Assembly (NCBI GenBank): GCA_009914755.4
Contig: CP086569.2
Span: 7,328,001-7,392,000 of the forward strand
Source: the human T2T-CHM13v2.0 reference genome, Homo sapiens
Direction: 5' to 3'
Length of the DNA stretch: 64,000 nucleotides
Numbering within the stretch: the stretch's first letter is position 1; each line of letters opens with the position of its first letter. The notes beneath the pieces are model-generated. The model was not told where the DNA came from, searched no databases, and saw only the letters and a list, made by a program, of their open reading frames with translations. The position numbers and the translations under genes were made by a program. Below are positions 24,449 through 43,056 of this stretch, one piece after another.

Positions 24449-24775
24449 AGCCGGGCGCGGTATCTCACGCCTTGTAATCCCAGCACTTTGGAAGGCTGAG
24501 GCGGGCGGATCACGAGGTCAGGAGATCGAGACCATCCTGACTAACACGGTGAAACCCCGTCTCTACTAAAAATACAAAAAAAATTAGCCGGGCGTGGTGG
24601 CGGGCGCCTGTAGTCCCAGCTACTGGAGAGGCTGAGGCAGGAGAATGGTGTGAACCCGGCAGGTGGAGCTTGTAGTGAGCGGAGGGCGGAGGTTGCGCCA
24701 CCCCACTCACACCTGCACGACAGAGCGACAAAACAAAAACAAAAACAAAAACAACAAAAAAAAAACAAAAACAAA
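24449..24775 (+). mobile_element. Young Alu (AluY-type) with a CAAAA-rich tail
   Basis: gccgggcgcggtatctcacgccttgtaatcccagcactttggaaggctgaggcgggcggatcacgaggtcaggagatcgagaccatcctgactaacacggtgaaaccccgtctctactaaaaatacaaaaaaaattagccgggcgtggtggcgggcgcctgtagtcccagctactgg... is close to the AluY consensus. Confidence 0.9.
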
Positions 24776-25319
24776 AGAAGTGTTTGTGTTTGTTTTCAAA
24801 TCAAATTTAGCCTAGATTAGAGGAAGAAGTATGGTGAAGAGAAAGACAATTTTTTTATTATTCAAGAGAGGATACTATTCTCTTTCCAAATATGCTTCTC
24901 TTCCATCCCAGTGTCTTCTTCTTTACTCCCCCCTCATAAGGGACCAAATAGGTAGCCAACAGTCATATAGTTGTATAAATTTCTCCTGTTCGAGACTTTC
25001 CTAAGGGCATAGAGGAAGGACCAGGGTTTGAAAATGTAGTGGCTGCTTCAGGAAGATCAACCCAGGTCCTAGAGGTGCCTTCGGACCTAGGTAGGGTATG
25101 ACATGTTCAATGCTGACAGTCTGAGCTTGGGCAGAATCTAGAAGATGATTATGCCCCAGTTGGACCAGGGACAGGGCTCCTGAAATTTTTCTGGGGAACC
25201 AAAATCAGGGAAAATTCTATTATTTCCACATTTCAATTTGAATAAAACCTGGAGGTGAATCAGATGAAGACCAGGTAAGCACTAAAGTACAAATACTACT
25301 TTAGAAACTATTTTCGAGG

Positions 25320-25590
25320 ATCATTTGAGACCAGGTGGGCAACATGGTAAGACTTTATTTCTGTGGAAAATAATAAAAAAGTTAGCCAGATGCAGTGATG
25401 CATGCCTGTGGTCCCATGTACTCAGGAGGCAGAGGTGGAAGAATCCCTTATCTTGGTAGTTTGAGGCTACTGTGAATCATGCCACTGCACTCCAGCTTGG
25501 GCAAAAGAGCAAGACCCTGTCTCTATCACTCTCTCTCTGTCTCTCTCTCACACACAGACACACAGACACACATACACACACACACAAAGA
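25320..25590 (+). mobile_element. Alu right-arm fragment followed by (TC)n/(CA)n simple repeat
   Basis: ...gttagccagatgcagtgatgcatgcctgtggtcccatgtactcaggaggcagaggtggaagaatccc...cactgcactccagcttgggcaaaagagcaagaccctgtctc, then ctctctctgtctctctctcacacacagacacacagacacacatacacacacacac. Confidence 0.6.
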
Positions 25591-25673
25591 GAAAGATATT
25601 CATTAACCATATCAATGTTGTGATTGCTCTATAATGATATCTTAATCTTGAAATGAATTATTTAGACTTATGT

Positions 25674-25834
25674 AAAATTGGCACATCTAACTGTGGTAAT
25701 GATCCACTGTTCATTTAGTATGGAGCCAGCACAGAAATGGGAGAAAGACAGTTGAAACTGGCACATCTAGCTGTGGTAAGGATCCACTGTTCATTTAGTA
25801 TGGAGCCACCATAGAAATGGAGAAAGACAGCTGC
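25674..25834. repeat. Local tandem duplication, 2 x about 80 bp
   Basis: aaattggcacatctaactgtggtaatgatccactgttcatttagtatggagccagcacagaaatgggagaaagacagttg is repeated as aaactggcacatctagctgtggtaaggatccactgttcatttagtatggagccaccatagaaatggagaaagacagctg. Confidence 0.75.
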
Positions 25835-27299
25835 ACAGTAACTATCCAACAGAATTCACCAATTTCTGACTCCCAGCCGTTGGGAAACATGAGGACATGG
25901 CCAGGGCATAATCCACACTCTGCAGAAGGAATAAACCTGTGGAATAGAGTGAGATTAGTATTACTACTCTCCCATTTCTGAAATCTAATTTTAGGTTTTT
26001 AGAAATATGCTTGGAAATTCAGTATCTTCAATTCTGAGAAAATACATGGAAATATACATCATCCTACAATTTTAGATATACTACAGTTGTTATCTACATA
26101 CTTACCCTTCAAATAATATATATATGTATATATGCAGTTATGATATATATATATATCTTATTATTTATATCCAAGATAATATACTATTATCCAATAGTGT
26201 GTGTATATATTCATATACGTCAAGTGGAATAATAAACTATTTCTAAGAAGTAAGACTATCTTTAAAATACTGTTCTCTGAATAGAATTGTGTTTATAAAA
26301 CATAGCTCATAAATCCTATTTGGCAAAAATAAGATATTCTTCAATATTTAGACATCTCTGCTGATTCATACAATAACCTAAATTTCAGTCTTCCGAACTT
26401 CTGAGAACATAACCTCTGATGTTACAAATTCTGGTTTTAGGGTTCAACAAGAGTCTTCGTAGCAAGTATATTAACTCAAACATATGACTAGAGTAAAGGT
26501 GCCTGTGGTTTCATGAGAAATAACAGCTGTCTCGAAGAGCCAGAAAGCCTGGAAACTTTCTTTCCAGATCACAGATAGTTGACACTCAATCAGGGAAACG
26601 TTGAGTTCTGCATGCCTAAGAGGTTGTTGTCCAGGCTTGGGTCCAGATTGAGATCCAGGCATCAGGAGAGGTTGTTTTGTTAAAAGTGTGGCTGGAGCAG
26701 CATGCAAGGATGAAAAAGAAGGAGAAAGAATGGACTCTTCAGTAAATGTTGAGGAAGATATTTTCTGAAGAGAATTAGCAGAAGAGGCTATGGATAGGAC
26801 AATAGAAGAGGAGACCAGAGGAGAGGAGAAAAAAATGGAGCAAGGTGGGAAAATGCAGAATGAAGGGAATGTACAAAAATAAAAGACTGAACAAGAAGGG
26901 CACAGTGTTCACGGAGATTGAAGTGAACAAGAAAGAAAAAGGAGAAAGAAAAAGAGATAAGAGAGGTACATGGGACATCAGGGTTTTCTTTTATCTGGAT
27001 AATTTTTAATTTCCTGCCATAGTGCTGGTAAACAACTCTTCCAGGAAGCCAAATGCTTGTAAGCTGGCTTGGGTGGACAGAATTGATTTTTATCTTGGCT
27101 TTCTGTGGCAGTTATCTCAGTTAACAAAACTATAATATACTAATCTGGGAAAGGCACAGTTTTTACTGGCAAAAAAGGGTACATGTTTGGACAATGAGCC
27201 AAAATGACTGATTAATAGTGTTTCTCCATTAGGCTCAATTTCAGGAGGAGAAAATGATGCAATTATATCAGCCTTATAGTGGGTTCTGGGACTTAGTAT

Positions 27300-27900
27300 T
27301 TCTGTTTCAGGCTGGATGCAGGTTCTCACTTTGCCAGCTTCAAAAACAGCAAAGGATTCAATAATATCAGCTTCAGACTGGATCCAGTGTGTGTCTGCTT
27401 TGGTTACAGGCAGTATCCAAGATATGAGTGTTCTTCCTGTAAGCAAGGTCCATGTTTTACTACTGGAGATAGAACCTTGGGCCAGAAACTTAGTAGGAAG
27501 GTTTCAGACTGCATAAAAGGGTGAATTATGTCAACTTCTGTCTGCATCCAGGGACTGACTATTTGAGATTTTGAATAAGCTCATGATCTGCCTTTATTTA
27601 TTGTAATGTAAAACAAAGATCTGACTACATCAGTTTTCTGCTTGATCCAGGATCTCACTGCTTGGGTTTCAGGTGGGTCCAGGTTTGAAATGTAGCAGCT
27701 CTTTGCTGAGTCCAGGGCCAAAATATACCAACTTCAGTCTGGGGCCAGGGAGAGAGTGGCTGATTTTCAGGATGAATCCAGGGTCTAACTGTATCACATT
27801 GAGTCTGTAAGCAAGATGTGACTGTATCAATTTCACTCATGTTTCAGGGTTTTATTCCTTGGCTTACAGTCCAAGTTTGGAATACTTCAGTTTCAGGTTG
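27300..27900. repeat. Degenerate minisatellite-like array (about 33-50 bp units, motif ...cttcagNctggNtccaggg...)
   Basis: The motif recurs at least 9 times: gtttcaggctggatgcaggt, cagcttcagactggatccagtg, caacttctgtctgcatccaggg, cagttttctgcttgatccagg, gggtttcaggtgggtccagg, caacttcagtctggggccaggg, gattttcaggatgaatccaggg, and others. Confidence 0.45.
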
Positions 27901-28294
27901 GTTCCAAACTAACATCATCAAATAGGTTAAAGCATAAAAATAACAGGCCAAGAGGAAAAAGGTTTAAATCTCTGAGAAATAAATAAAACTCACAAACCTA
28001 CTGGAAACCAATCTGCATATTGAGGAAAAGTTTCTGAATAAATGTTCATCTTTCCTGTACTAGCTTGTTAACTCATAAATTTGACCTTTTTTGAATTAAA
28101 GAGAGAACTGTGTCCCTATTTTAGTTTGTAACATTGTCTTCCCCTGCAAACACTTCATATAGTATCCATTCACTTCATTTCCACATCAAGATCACAGTTA
28201 GCTTCAAAGGCTGAAGAAGGACACATCATTGGGGTAGTTTGCCTTCACCCATGTCATTCAATCACACATGACCACAGACATCTGGTGAGAGTGG

Positions 28295-28470
28295 CATCTG
28301 TACTGTGGTTCTTAAAATGGAGTAAGCCTCAGAATCTCCCACAGGGTTTGCTAAAATGCAGACTGCCAGGCCTCACCCTCAGAGGGTTCAGCAGATCTGG
28401 AGCAGGCCCCAAGAATCTGCATTTCTAACAACTTCCCACATGATGGTGATGCTACCGGTCCTGGAGTCAT
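28295..28470. mobile_element. MER-type hAT (MER5/MER20-like) non-autonomous DNA transposon fragment
   Basis: tactgtggttcttaaaatgg...cagaatctcccacagggtttgctaaaatgcagactgccaggcctcaccctcagagggttcagcagatctggagcaggccccaagaatctgcatttctaacaacttcccacatgatggtgatgctaccggtcc resembles MER hAT consensus motifs. Confidence 0.45.
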
Positions 28471-29483
28471 ACTAATTTTCAAGAACCATTCTATAAATGA
28501 TTTTGGATCACTGCCATCATGTCATCTGTTTTGACAAACCACAGAGCCCTAACTTAACAGCTATTTTAATATACAGACAGCAGGAATTTTACACACATCC
28601 CGATGGCCTGCCAATCACTCAGCACGGGCACATGTTTTGGGTGCAGCCATGCATCGCTGCAGTTAAAGCCAAATGTTACAGAGCAAACTGAATGCTGGCT
28701 GCTCAGTCCTTCAGATCCTCAACTCTTGGCATTTCATATTTCACCACCATCTGGAGCCTTCACTCTACCACACATGATGGGGCACGTGACTTGCTAGGCT
28801 TACAGTTGAGGAAGGGCAGGGTCCTAAGAAATGACAGGACCTGCCCATGCTTGCTTGGCATCTTGCTCTGAGCCTTATTTCCTCTGCATCCCATATCTAG
28901 TTAGGAGCATGGACGCTGGAGAGACCAGGGGCACCATGGTGACACAGGAGTAACTGGTGGAGCTGACCTCACACCAGGTTGTCACCTCGTTCCTTACTTC
29001 CCTCAGGACTTCTAGCCCCTATGCTAACCAGCCCTGGATGCTGTGATTTTCCATCTCCTGCTTCTGACTCCTCCAGCTCTTCTGGGTACTCCATTGCTAA
29101 CACACTTGCAATCAGTTATTTCCCATCCCTGTTCAGATTCAGGCATGCCCCAAACAGCCTTGCTCCCCAATTCACGCATGCTAGGAACCACTGCAGCTTC
29201 AAAGCTGAGTATAAGTGTCCTATGGGCGCATCCAACTTACTCCTAACCTCATCTTCACCTCAAAAAACAGGCAAGGGACTGCCTCAAGGCTGCAGATCTA
29301 GCAGGCACAAAGGTGTGGCAAGCACTGACTGTCTAGAGGATCCCAGTGCCCCACACTCCTCACAAGGTTGTATCCACCTCTGTCTTGCCTTGGCCTGGAG
29401 AGCCCGGTATGGCAGAGGCCCTCACAGCAATGCCAATCCTGTGTTCTTCCCAGGTGTTCAGAAATCAGTTGTCCATATCCATG

Positions 29484-29822
29484 GCAGGGTGCAGTGGCTC
29501 ACGCCTATAATCCCAGCACTTCGAGAGGCCAAGGCAGGCAGATAACTTGAGGTCAGGAGTTTGAGACCAGCTTGGCCAACATGATGAAACCCTGTCTTTA
29601 TAAAAATACAAAAATTAGCCAGGTGTGGTGGTGGGTGCCTGTAGTCCCAGCTACTCTGGAGGCTGAGGCAGAAGAATCCCTTGAACCTGGGATTGAACCT
29701 GGGAGGCAGAGTTTGCACTAAGCCGAGAATGCACCACTGCTCTTCAGCCTGGGCAACAGAGTGAGACAAGATCTCCAAAAAAAAAAAAAAAAAAAAAAGA
29801 AAAGAAAAAAGAAAAAGAAATT
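29484..29822 (+). mobile_element. Alu SINE (AluS-like) with a long A-rich tail
   Basis: ggcagggtgcagtggctcacgcctataatcccagcacttcgagaggccaaggcaggcagataacttgaggtcaggagtttgagaccagc...gcctgggcaacagagtgagacaagatctccaaaaaaaa. Confidence 0.9.
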
Positions 29823-35942
<6,120 letters not shown>

Positions 35943-36009
35943 AAATTACTTTTCAATGTCCAAATAGCTTCTCCCTTGTGTGTACAAGAGACTAGGCCAA
36001 AAAGTCCAT

Positions 36010-36976
36010 TGTGGAGAAAAGAAAGAGAGATCAGACTGTTACTGTGTCTATGTAGAAAGAAGTAGACATAAGAGACTCCATTTTGTTCTGTACTAAGAAA
36101 AATTCTTCTGCCTTGACATGCTGTTAATCTGTAACCCTAGTCCCAACCCTGTGCTTGCAGAGACATGTGCTGTGTTAACTCAAGATTTAATGGATTTAGG
36201 GCTGTGCAGGATGCGCTTTGTTAAAAAAGTGCTTGAAGGCAGTATGCTTGTTAAAAGTCATTGGCATTCTCTAATCTCAAGTAACCAGGGACACAATACA
36301 CTGCGGAAGGCCACAGGGACCTCTCCCTAGGAAAGTCAGGTATTGTCCAAGGCTTCTCCCCATGTGACAGCCTGAGATATGGCCTCATGGGAAGGGAAAG
36401 ACCTGACCATCCCCTAGCCCGACACCTGTAAAGGCTCTGTGCTGAGGAGCGTTAGTAAAAGAGGAAGGCTTCTTTGCAGTTGAGACAAGAGGAAGGCATC
36501 TGTCTCCTGCTCATCCCTTGGAATAAAATGTCTCAGTGTAAAACCTGATTGTATGTTCTGTTTACTGAGGTAGGAGAAAACCACCTTAGTGATGGAGGTG
36601 AGACATGCTGGCAGCAATACTGCTCTTTATTGCACTGAGATGTTTGTGTGTGTGCACATCAAGGCACAGCACATTTCCTCAAACTTATTTATGACACAGA
36701 GACCTTTGTTCACATGTTTTCCTTCTGACCCTGTCCCCACTATTACCCTATTGTCCTGCCAGATCCCCCTTTCCGAGATGGTAGAGACAGTGATCAATAA
36801 ATACTGAGGGAACTCAGAGACCAGTGCCTGTGCGGGTCCTCCTTATGCTGAGCACCGGTCCCCTGGACCCACTTTTCTTTCTTTATACTTTGTCTCTGTC
36901 TCTTATTTCTTTTCTCAGTCTCTCGACCCACCTGACAAGAAACACCCACAGGTTGTGGAGGTGCTAGCCCCCTTCA
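36010..36976 (+). mobile_element. Solo HERV-K (HML-2) LTR, older LTR5A/B-like
   Basis: tgtggagaaaagaaagagagatcagactgttactgtgtctatgtagaaagaagtagacataagagactccattttgtt...ggaaggccacagggacctct...gtattgtccaagg...caataaatactgagggaactcagag...ggttgtggaggtgctagccc tracks the LTR5 consensus throughout. No primer-binding site follows, so it is a solo LTR. Confidence 0.75.
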
Positions 36977-37149
36977 GTCCATGCTTCCATAGTTAGAAAA
37001 CTGCCCTTCAGGTATAAACTAGTGAATCTTAGAAGTAAATTAGCTCCTCCAAAGCCCAGCAGAACATGGTTTGAGAAATTCCCCTGCCCACAGCAATTTG
37101 GTGGCATCATGAGTCAACATTTCTCAAATACATTCTTCAGCACTTAACG

Positions 37150-37270
37150 TGCAATCTTGGACCAGGGAGCTAACCTCTCTGTGCCTCATTTTCCTCATCT
37201 AAAAAACAGAGGCAGTAAGAATATTTACTTAAAAGCCTTACTGTGAAGATTAAGTGAGCTCATGTGCATA
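37150..37270 (+). mobile_element. MIR SINE fragment
   Basis: agctaacctctctgtgcctcattttcctcatctaaaaaacagaggcagtaagaata...ttactgtgaagattaagtgagctcatgtgcataag matches the MIR core. Confidence 0.5.
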
Positions 37271-38455
37271 AGTCTGAAGATAGCTGGCAGAGAGAGCCAC
37301 AGGGTCTGGCTCCGATAACGATGCTGCTCTGATTATTACAGAGGCCATAAATTATGTGGCCTCATTTATATCACTTAGAACTGTCAGTTATATGCAAATT
37401 AATGAAAGACAACTCTCCTTCCACCAAATGGCTAGGTACGTGCAAGGTGTTTTTCCCACAGAAAGGGAAGAGGAGGGCCAACCCCTATGCGGGGCTGGGA
37501 AAAGAGGAGAATAAAAGGACTAAGGGAGTTTAGGACCTACCAGGTCAACTCCGTCTCAGAAGAAAGCCACAACTGAGCAACAACCCGAAGGTCAGATTGA
37601 GGAGGGGGATACAACAATTGTCTAAACAAAAGCAGGGCTGCCAACCCCACACTTAGTTCCAGGACTGTCCATTGTTCAACCAAATAGCATTGAAGCCCTG
37701 TATGCTTTTGCTATCTTCTGTGGAAACAGCTTCAAGATGGCTTACGAGCTGTCAAGCCATGTAAGAAATCTGTGGAAAAAGAAAAAGGCCAGGGTGGGGT
37801 TTGTAAACCATCTGTGGCAGAAGTCTTCTAAGCAGCAAACATTTCCACTGTATTCATTAATAATGCCAATCAGAACATCTTTTCTGCATGTTAATTAAAG
37901 AAGGCACACACAGCCATAGAACCTATCTAGCCCTATCAGAATGAATGAGGCTAATTTTTCTCACAGTTTTGAATAATATCCTTGAGTTCGTGAGCTCAAA
38001 TTTCATTGTTAGCCATCACCATTTGATTTCAAGTGTTTATCTTCCTTTTAATGCTGCAGTGTCGGGATGCATTGGTGAGAACTTATCCAGGGTAAAACAC
38101 AGTCATTTAGAGACAGTTTTTAGAAGAAACTATTTAGGTGACAATTTTTTTTTTAATTAAAGGGAAGAGACACAACACACCAGATCTGAGCTTGTCAGAT
38201 GCATTCTAGATGTGTTAATTCTTGGAAGTTCTCATGATGAGGGCACTGTCCAGACAACATTTTAGGTAGCTCTTTTCAAGAGGTGGAATCTGGGGAAGGG
38301 TGGATTTTCCCAAATCTTTTACCACTGGAAATGCTTCCCTGGGCATTGCTCTAGTCAATGGTCCCAAGCTTTGTACAATTTGAGAAGTATACATGAAATG
38401 TATAGCATGATCAAGAACTGTCTTAGGAAATGAGGGTAAAAAGAAATATAGAACA

Positions 38456-38782
38456 GGCCAGGCTCAGTGGCTCATGCCTGTAATCCCAGCAGTTTGGGAG
38501 GCCGAGGCAGGTGGATTACTTGAGTTCAGGAATTTGAGACCAGCCTGGGCAAAACAGTGAAACCCTGTCTCTACTAAAATATAAAAAAATAGCCAGGCAT
38601 GTCCAGGTGTGCCTGTTATTCCAGCTATTTGGGAGCCTGAGGCAGGAGAATTGCTTGAACTGGGTTGGCGGAGGTTGCAGTGAGCAGAGATTGCACCACT
38701 GTACTTCAGCCTGGGTGACAGAGCGAGACTCTGTCTCAAAAAAAAAAAAAGAAAAAGAAAAGAAAAAGGAAAGAAAGAAATA
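38456..38782 (+). mobile_element. Alu SINE (AluS-like) with an A-rich/GAAA tail
   Basis: ggccaggctcagtggctcatgcctgtaatcccagcagtttgggaggccgaggcaggtggattacttgag...gcctgggtgacagagcgagactctgtctcaaaaaaaaaaaaag. Confidence 0.9.
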
Positions 38783-39079
38783 CAGAACAGAGTCCCTGCC
38801 CCTGCAGAATACACTAAGGATAGCACCTTTTGCCCCTTTGTTTGGTGCATGGCTCCTAAAGGTCCAGGTTCACTTTGGTAAGGGATTTGGGGAAAGAAGA
38901 CTGGCTTAGAAGCAAGTGGTTTGGGGCTAGGCTTTACCATGAAAGGTGATGTGACTCTTTCAAGGGCTTGGTCTCTCATCTGTAAAATGGGATGATGGAC
39001 AGACAATGTCTCTTGGTTCCCAGATTCTATGCTATAAACAATGCTCAATCATAACATTATGGACTCAATTGTGTCCTTC

Positions 39080-39478
39080 CAAAATTCATATGGTAAAGCC
39101 CTAACCCCCAATGTGACTATATTTGGAGACAGAACCTTTAGGAAGGTAATTAAGGTTAAATGAAGTCCTAGTTCTCCTTTAAATTAGTGTGGGATGGGGC
39201 CTTAGTCTAATAGGACTGGTGTCCTTATTATAAGAGGAAGAGAAATCAGAGCCCTCTCTCTCCCTCTCCTGGAGTGTGTAAAGATGAAAAGCCACATGAG
39301 GAAACAGCAGGAATGTGGCTGTCTGCAAGCCAGGAAGAGAGCCCTAGCCGGAAACTGAAGTTGCCAGAACATTGACTATGGACGTCTAGCCTCCAGAACT
39401 GAGAGAAAATAAATGTCTGTTGTTTAAGCCACCCAGTGTGTGGTATTTTGTTATGACAGTCCTAGCAAACTAACACAC
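39080..39478 (+). mobile_element. MaLR LTR (MLT1-type)
   Basis: The 3' end cctccagaactgagagaaaataaatgtctgttgtttaagccacccagtgtgtggtattttgttatgacagtcctagcaaactaacaca matches the MLT1 LTR terminus; upstream gtgtccttattataagaggaagagaaatcagag is also typical. Confidence 0.55.
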
Positions 39479-39920
39479 ATACAAAGCACATTTCAATGAC
39501 ATGCTTTTCTAAAGGGACAATTTTCAATAGAACAAATCCATAATAATGTGACCTTTTTTTTTTTTTTTCCACAGAGAGGGAAGTGAGACAAATTCAGAAA
39601 GTCTTCTGAATCATGTTGGAGTTCCTGGAACTGCCAGTATCTAGAAGTCATAAAGAAAAAGACTGACAAATGTGAACATATAACAATTTTTCGCTTTTGT
39701 CTCCCAAAAGACTCCATAAGCAAAAGGTCATCAACATGAGAAAATTATTTGCAACAACAATAACAAAAATAAAGGCCAAGCTTAATATATTTATATATGA
39801 AAAGTTTTACACATAGTTAAAAATACTAAAACACCATTAGAAACAAAGGACTTAAACTAGGAATTAATTATTTCTCTTTCTCTTTCCATGGCCAACAAAC
39901 ATTGAAAAAAAATTGCCATC

Positions 39921-40214
39921 TTTTTTTTTATTTGTTTGTTAGAGATGGGGATCTCACTCTGTTTCTTAGATTGTAGTGCCATGGCACAATAATGGCTCAC
40001 TGCAGCCTCAAACTCCTGGGCTCAAGTGATCACCCCCATACAGACTCCCGAGTAGCTGGGAACACAGGCACATGCCACCACCCCTAGCTAATTTTTTATT
40101 ATTTGTAGAGATGGGGGTCACTATGTTGCTCAGGCTAGTCTTGGACTGCTGGACTCAAGTGATCCTTGGTCTCCCAGTGTGCTGGGATTACAGCCATGAG
40201 CCACTGCTCCAGTC
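39921..40214 (-). mobile_element. Alu SINE, antisense (AluJ-like)
   Basis: tttttttttatttgtttgttagagatggggatctcactctgtttc...cactgcagcctcaaactcctgggctcaagtgatc...gtgctgggattacagccatgagccactgc. Confidence 0.85.
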
Positions 40215-42627
40215 CTCAACTTCTTTTTTATTTAGCAAGTTGACAAATTTTGAAAACAAAATTGTCACTGCTGGTAAAGGTACAGTGATATGGGAAAGTT
40301 TACAGTGCTTAAGGGAATTTTAACTGTACAAACTTTCTAGAAAGCAATTTAACAATCTTGCAGTAGCTTGCCACAAAAAGTCTACCCTCTTTCACCCAGA
40401 AAACTTACCTTTCTTTTCTGTCCTGAGGTAATAACCTCCAATGCTATCAAATATCCATCTACAAGCCTTACTTATAAAATTGCTTAAAAACTTAATGTTC
40501 AACAATCCAAATATTTAACCACAGAAAAACAGTTAAATTTAGAGATTTCTGTACAATTAATACCAGGCTGCCCCTAAAAATATCATGGGAATTTAGTGAT
40601 TCAGAAAAATACTTTTGATATAATATTATGGAGAAAAAAACTATGATATGAAACTGCCATATGAGCTCAATATAGATTTTTATGTTAAAACGGTTTAGAC
40701 AAACCTTAAGGAAATACACAAAATACTAGCAGCAGTTATAAGTGGTGGAATTACACACAATTTGAGTTTTCTTTTATATCCTTTTCTGTGATGTTATTAA
40801 CAAGTTAGAATGGGTGTAACAGAAGTAAATGGACAACACAGATGACAAAGAATTTCCTTTTTTCTCTCCTCTCCAAGGTTCTTGAAGGCATAACTAGAAT
40901 CAAATAGTTTTTTAAAACTATGGGGAGACAATTTTAGTATAATCTTAATGGAAAAACTTTCCTTAGAGGAGTCTAAAAATGTAAGATAGGGCCTCAGAAG
41001 CATGAGTGACATGTTACTGGAGTTCAAGTTTACTCTGAATAAACTTCCAGCCGTTCATTATGATACCTGCTGGGAACCTATTATGTACCAAGTACTCTTG
41101 TAAGTCACTAGAGGCCTCACAAGCAGTAAGACAAAGTCCCCACCACCCATTAAGCTTACCTTGCAGTGGAGGAGGAAGAAAGTAACATAATGTCAGATGT
41201 GATAAATGCTATAAAATGCCAAGTGGGCCAAGGGGAGAGTGTGAAGGTGGACACAGTGGTGGTAGCTATTTTTGAAAGATGCATCAGTGTAGGGCTCCCC
41301 AATTTCAGTGAACTAAGCAAGCAAGGGATACGGATCTGAGGTTTGAGAGTTCCAGGAGGAAGGGACAGACAGCCTGACATGCATAGTGAATGAGGGACAG
41401 ACAAGGATCAGGTGAGCAGCAGAATCAGGAAAGAAGGTGATTAAGACTAAACTGAGTATTGGGGAGGTCAGCGACTTAGGGCTCTGTTCATCTGACTTGT
41501 TTGGCCAATGGGATATTATCAGGTGTAATGCAAACAGAGGCCTAAAAAGCATGTGTGTGGTTGAGCTTGGCCTCTTTTGACTTTGCTATTATGTTGAGAG
41601 GGCATGCCCCAGCTAGCCAGTTGGTTCTAGAGGGATGAAAGACAAATGGATCAGAGCTGCCCCAGTGGAGCCCAGCTGAGACCAGGTCTGCCTCAACAGA
41701 GCTGCTCCAGCCAACCCCCAAATCTGCCAGAATAAATTGTTACCTTTGTAAGCCAATCAGTTCTGAAGTGGTTTGTTACTCAGCATTATTGGAGCAATAG
41801 CTGATAGACACAATGCTCAACCTAGACCTAAAAAACAAGACCACTGTAATTTGCTTAGCCTGGGTCCTTATTGAGAATAACAGTGTGGCCTAACCAGTTC
41901 AACAAACCATGATTGTAAGAGTAACAAGCACAGGAGCCTTATCCTAATATTATCCGAATGTAAGATAATTCTACATTTCAAGTAAGATAACTATGGGTAA
42001 ACCAATAACATGCTCCAGTTTCTTGTTTACTATACTGACAGTCTGTTATCAAATAGCCTTGGCAGGTTCTAAGTTTGCTTCTCTCATCTGTTTTGCCGAA
42101 AAATTTGTCCCAAGTGCTTATTCCATGGCCTCCTAAAAAGACATATTTCATAGGTGATCAGGGAAAAACAGCTGCTGTACAGCTAAATCACGTCAAAAGT
42201 ATTTTGGGGTTGAAGGCAAGCATGAACCACAATCCAGCTCACTTTTTAACTTCTGAGTAATATTCCAGGAGTCCATCTGGAGCCCCATCACAGTAGGGAT
42301 GCCGTAAGAGACCTTTTTGAGTATAGCCCTCCCAAATCCTGACCTAAGCATGCTTGAGACCAGAAGACACTCAATGAGCCCCTCAGGGTTATATCAAGAT
42401 GGCACACATTTCCTCAAGACTTCTACCAAAATATGTTACATCAAATTTCCAAAGCCTCTACCTACATATATTCTCAGTGGAAAACCTCCAGGCCCTTTAA
42501 ATGTGCCTGCCATGTGCTTTAAGTACTTATGGGCCTAATTCAACACAAATTATATGGTGATGTTTAGCCTGACCATGGTGAGCATGGCAGAACTGAGGTC
42601 CAGAAGAGGGAAGGGGACACTCACAGC

Positions 42628-43056
42628 CCATCCAGACTTCTTCTCTTTCCCCTGACAGGCTTCCTTTCTTTCCCCCTGAGTCACAGGCCTGGGAAGCAGG
42701 TTGTGCAGTCAGCAGGAAAAGCTATGGCTAGCTTGGGGGTATGAAGAAGGAACACACAGAGATCCTTATTTTCCACCCACCTCAACCACTGCCTGCCTCC
42801 CAGCCTCCCCACCTCAGCATAATGCTCCAGTATTCTGAATCCCATCCAGACTTTTTCTCCATTCCCTGCTGAGCTTCCTCTCCTTCCTCCTAAGTCACAG
42901 GCCTGGGAGAGGGGCTGTGTAGTCAGCAGGGAAAGCTACAGCTAGCTTGGTGGTATGAAGGAGGAACACACACGGATCGTTATTCACCACCCACCTCATC
43001 CACTGCCTGCTTCCCAGCCTCCCCACCTCAGCATAATGTGCCAGTATTCTGAATCC
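42628..43056. repeat. Tandem duplication, 2 x about 213 bp (about 88% identical)
   Basis: cccatccagacttcttctctttcccctgacaggcttcctttc...agtcacaggcctgggaagcaggttgtgcagtcagcaggaaaagctatggctagcttgggggtatgaagaaggaacacacagagatcc...cctccccacctcagcataatgctccagtattctgaatc is repeated immediately. Confidence 0.8.
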
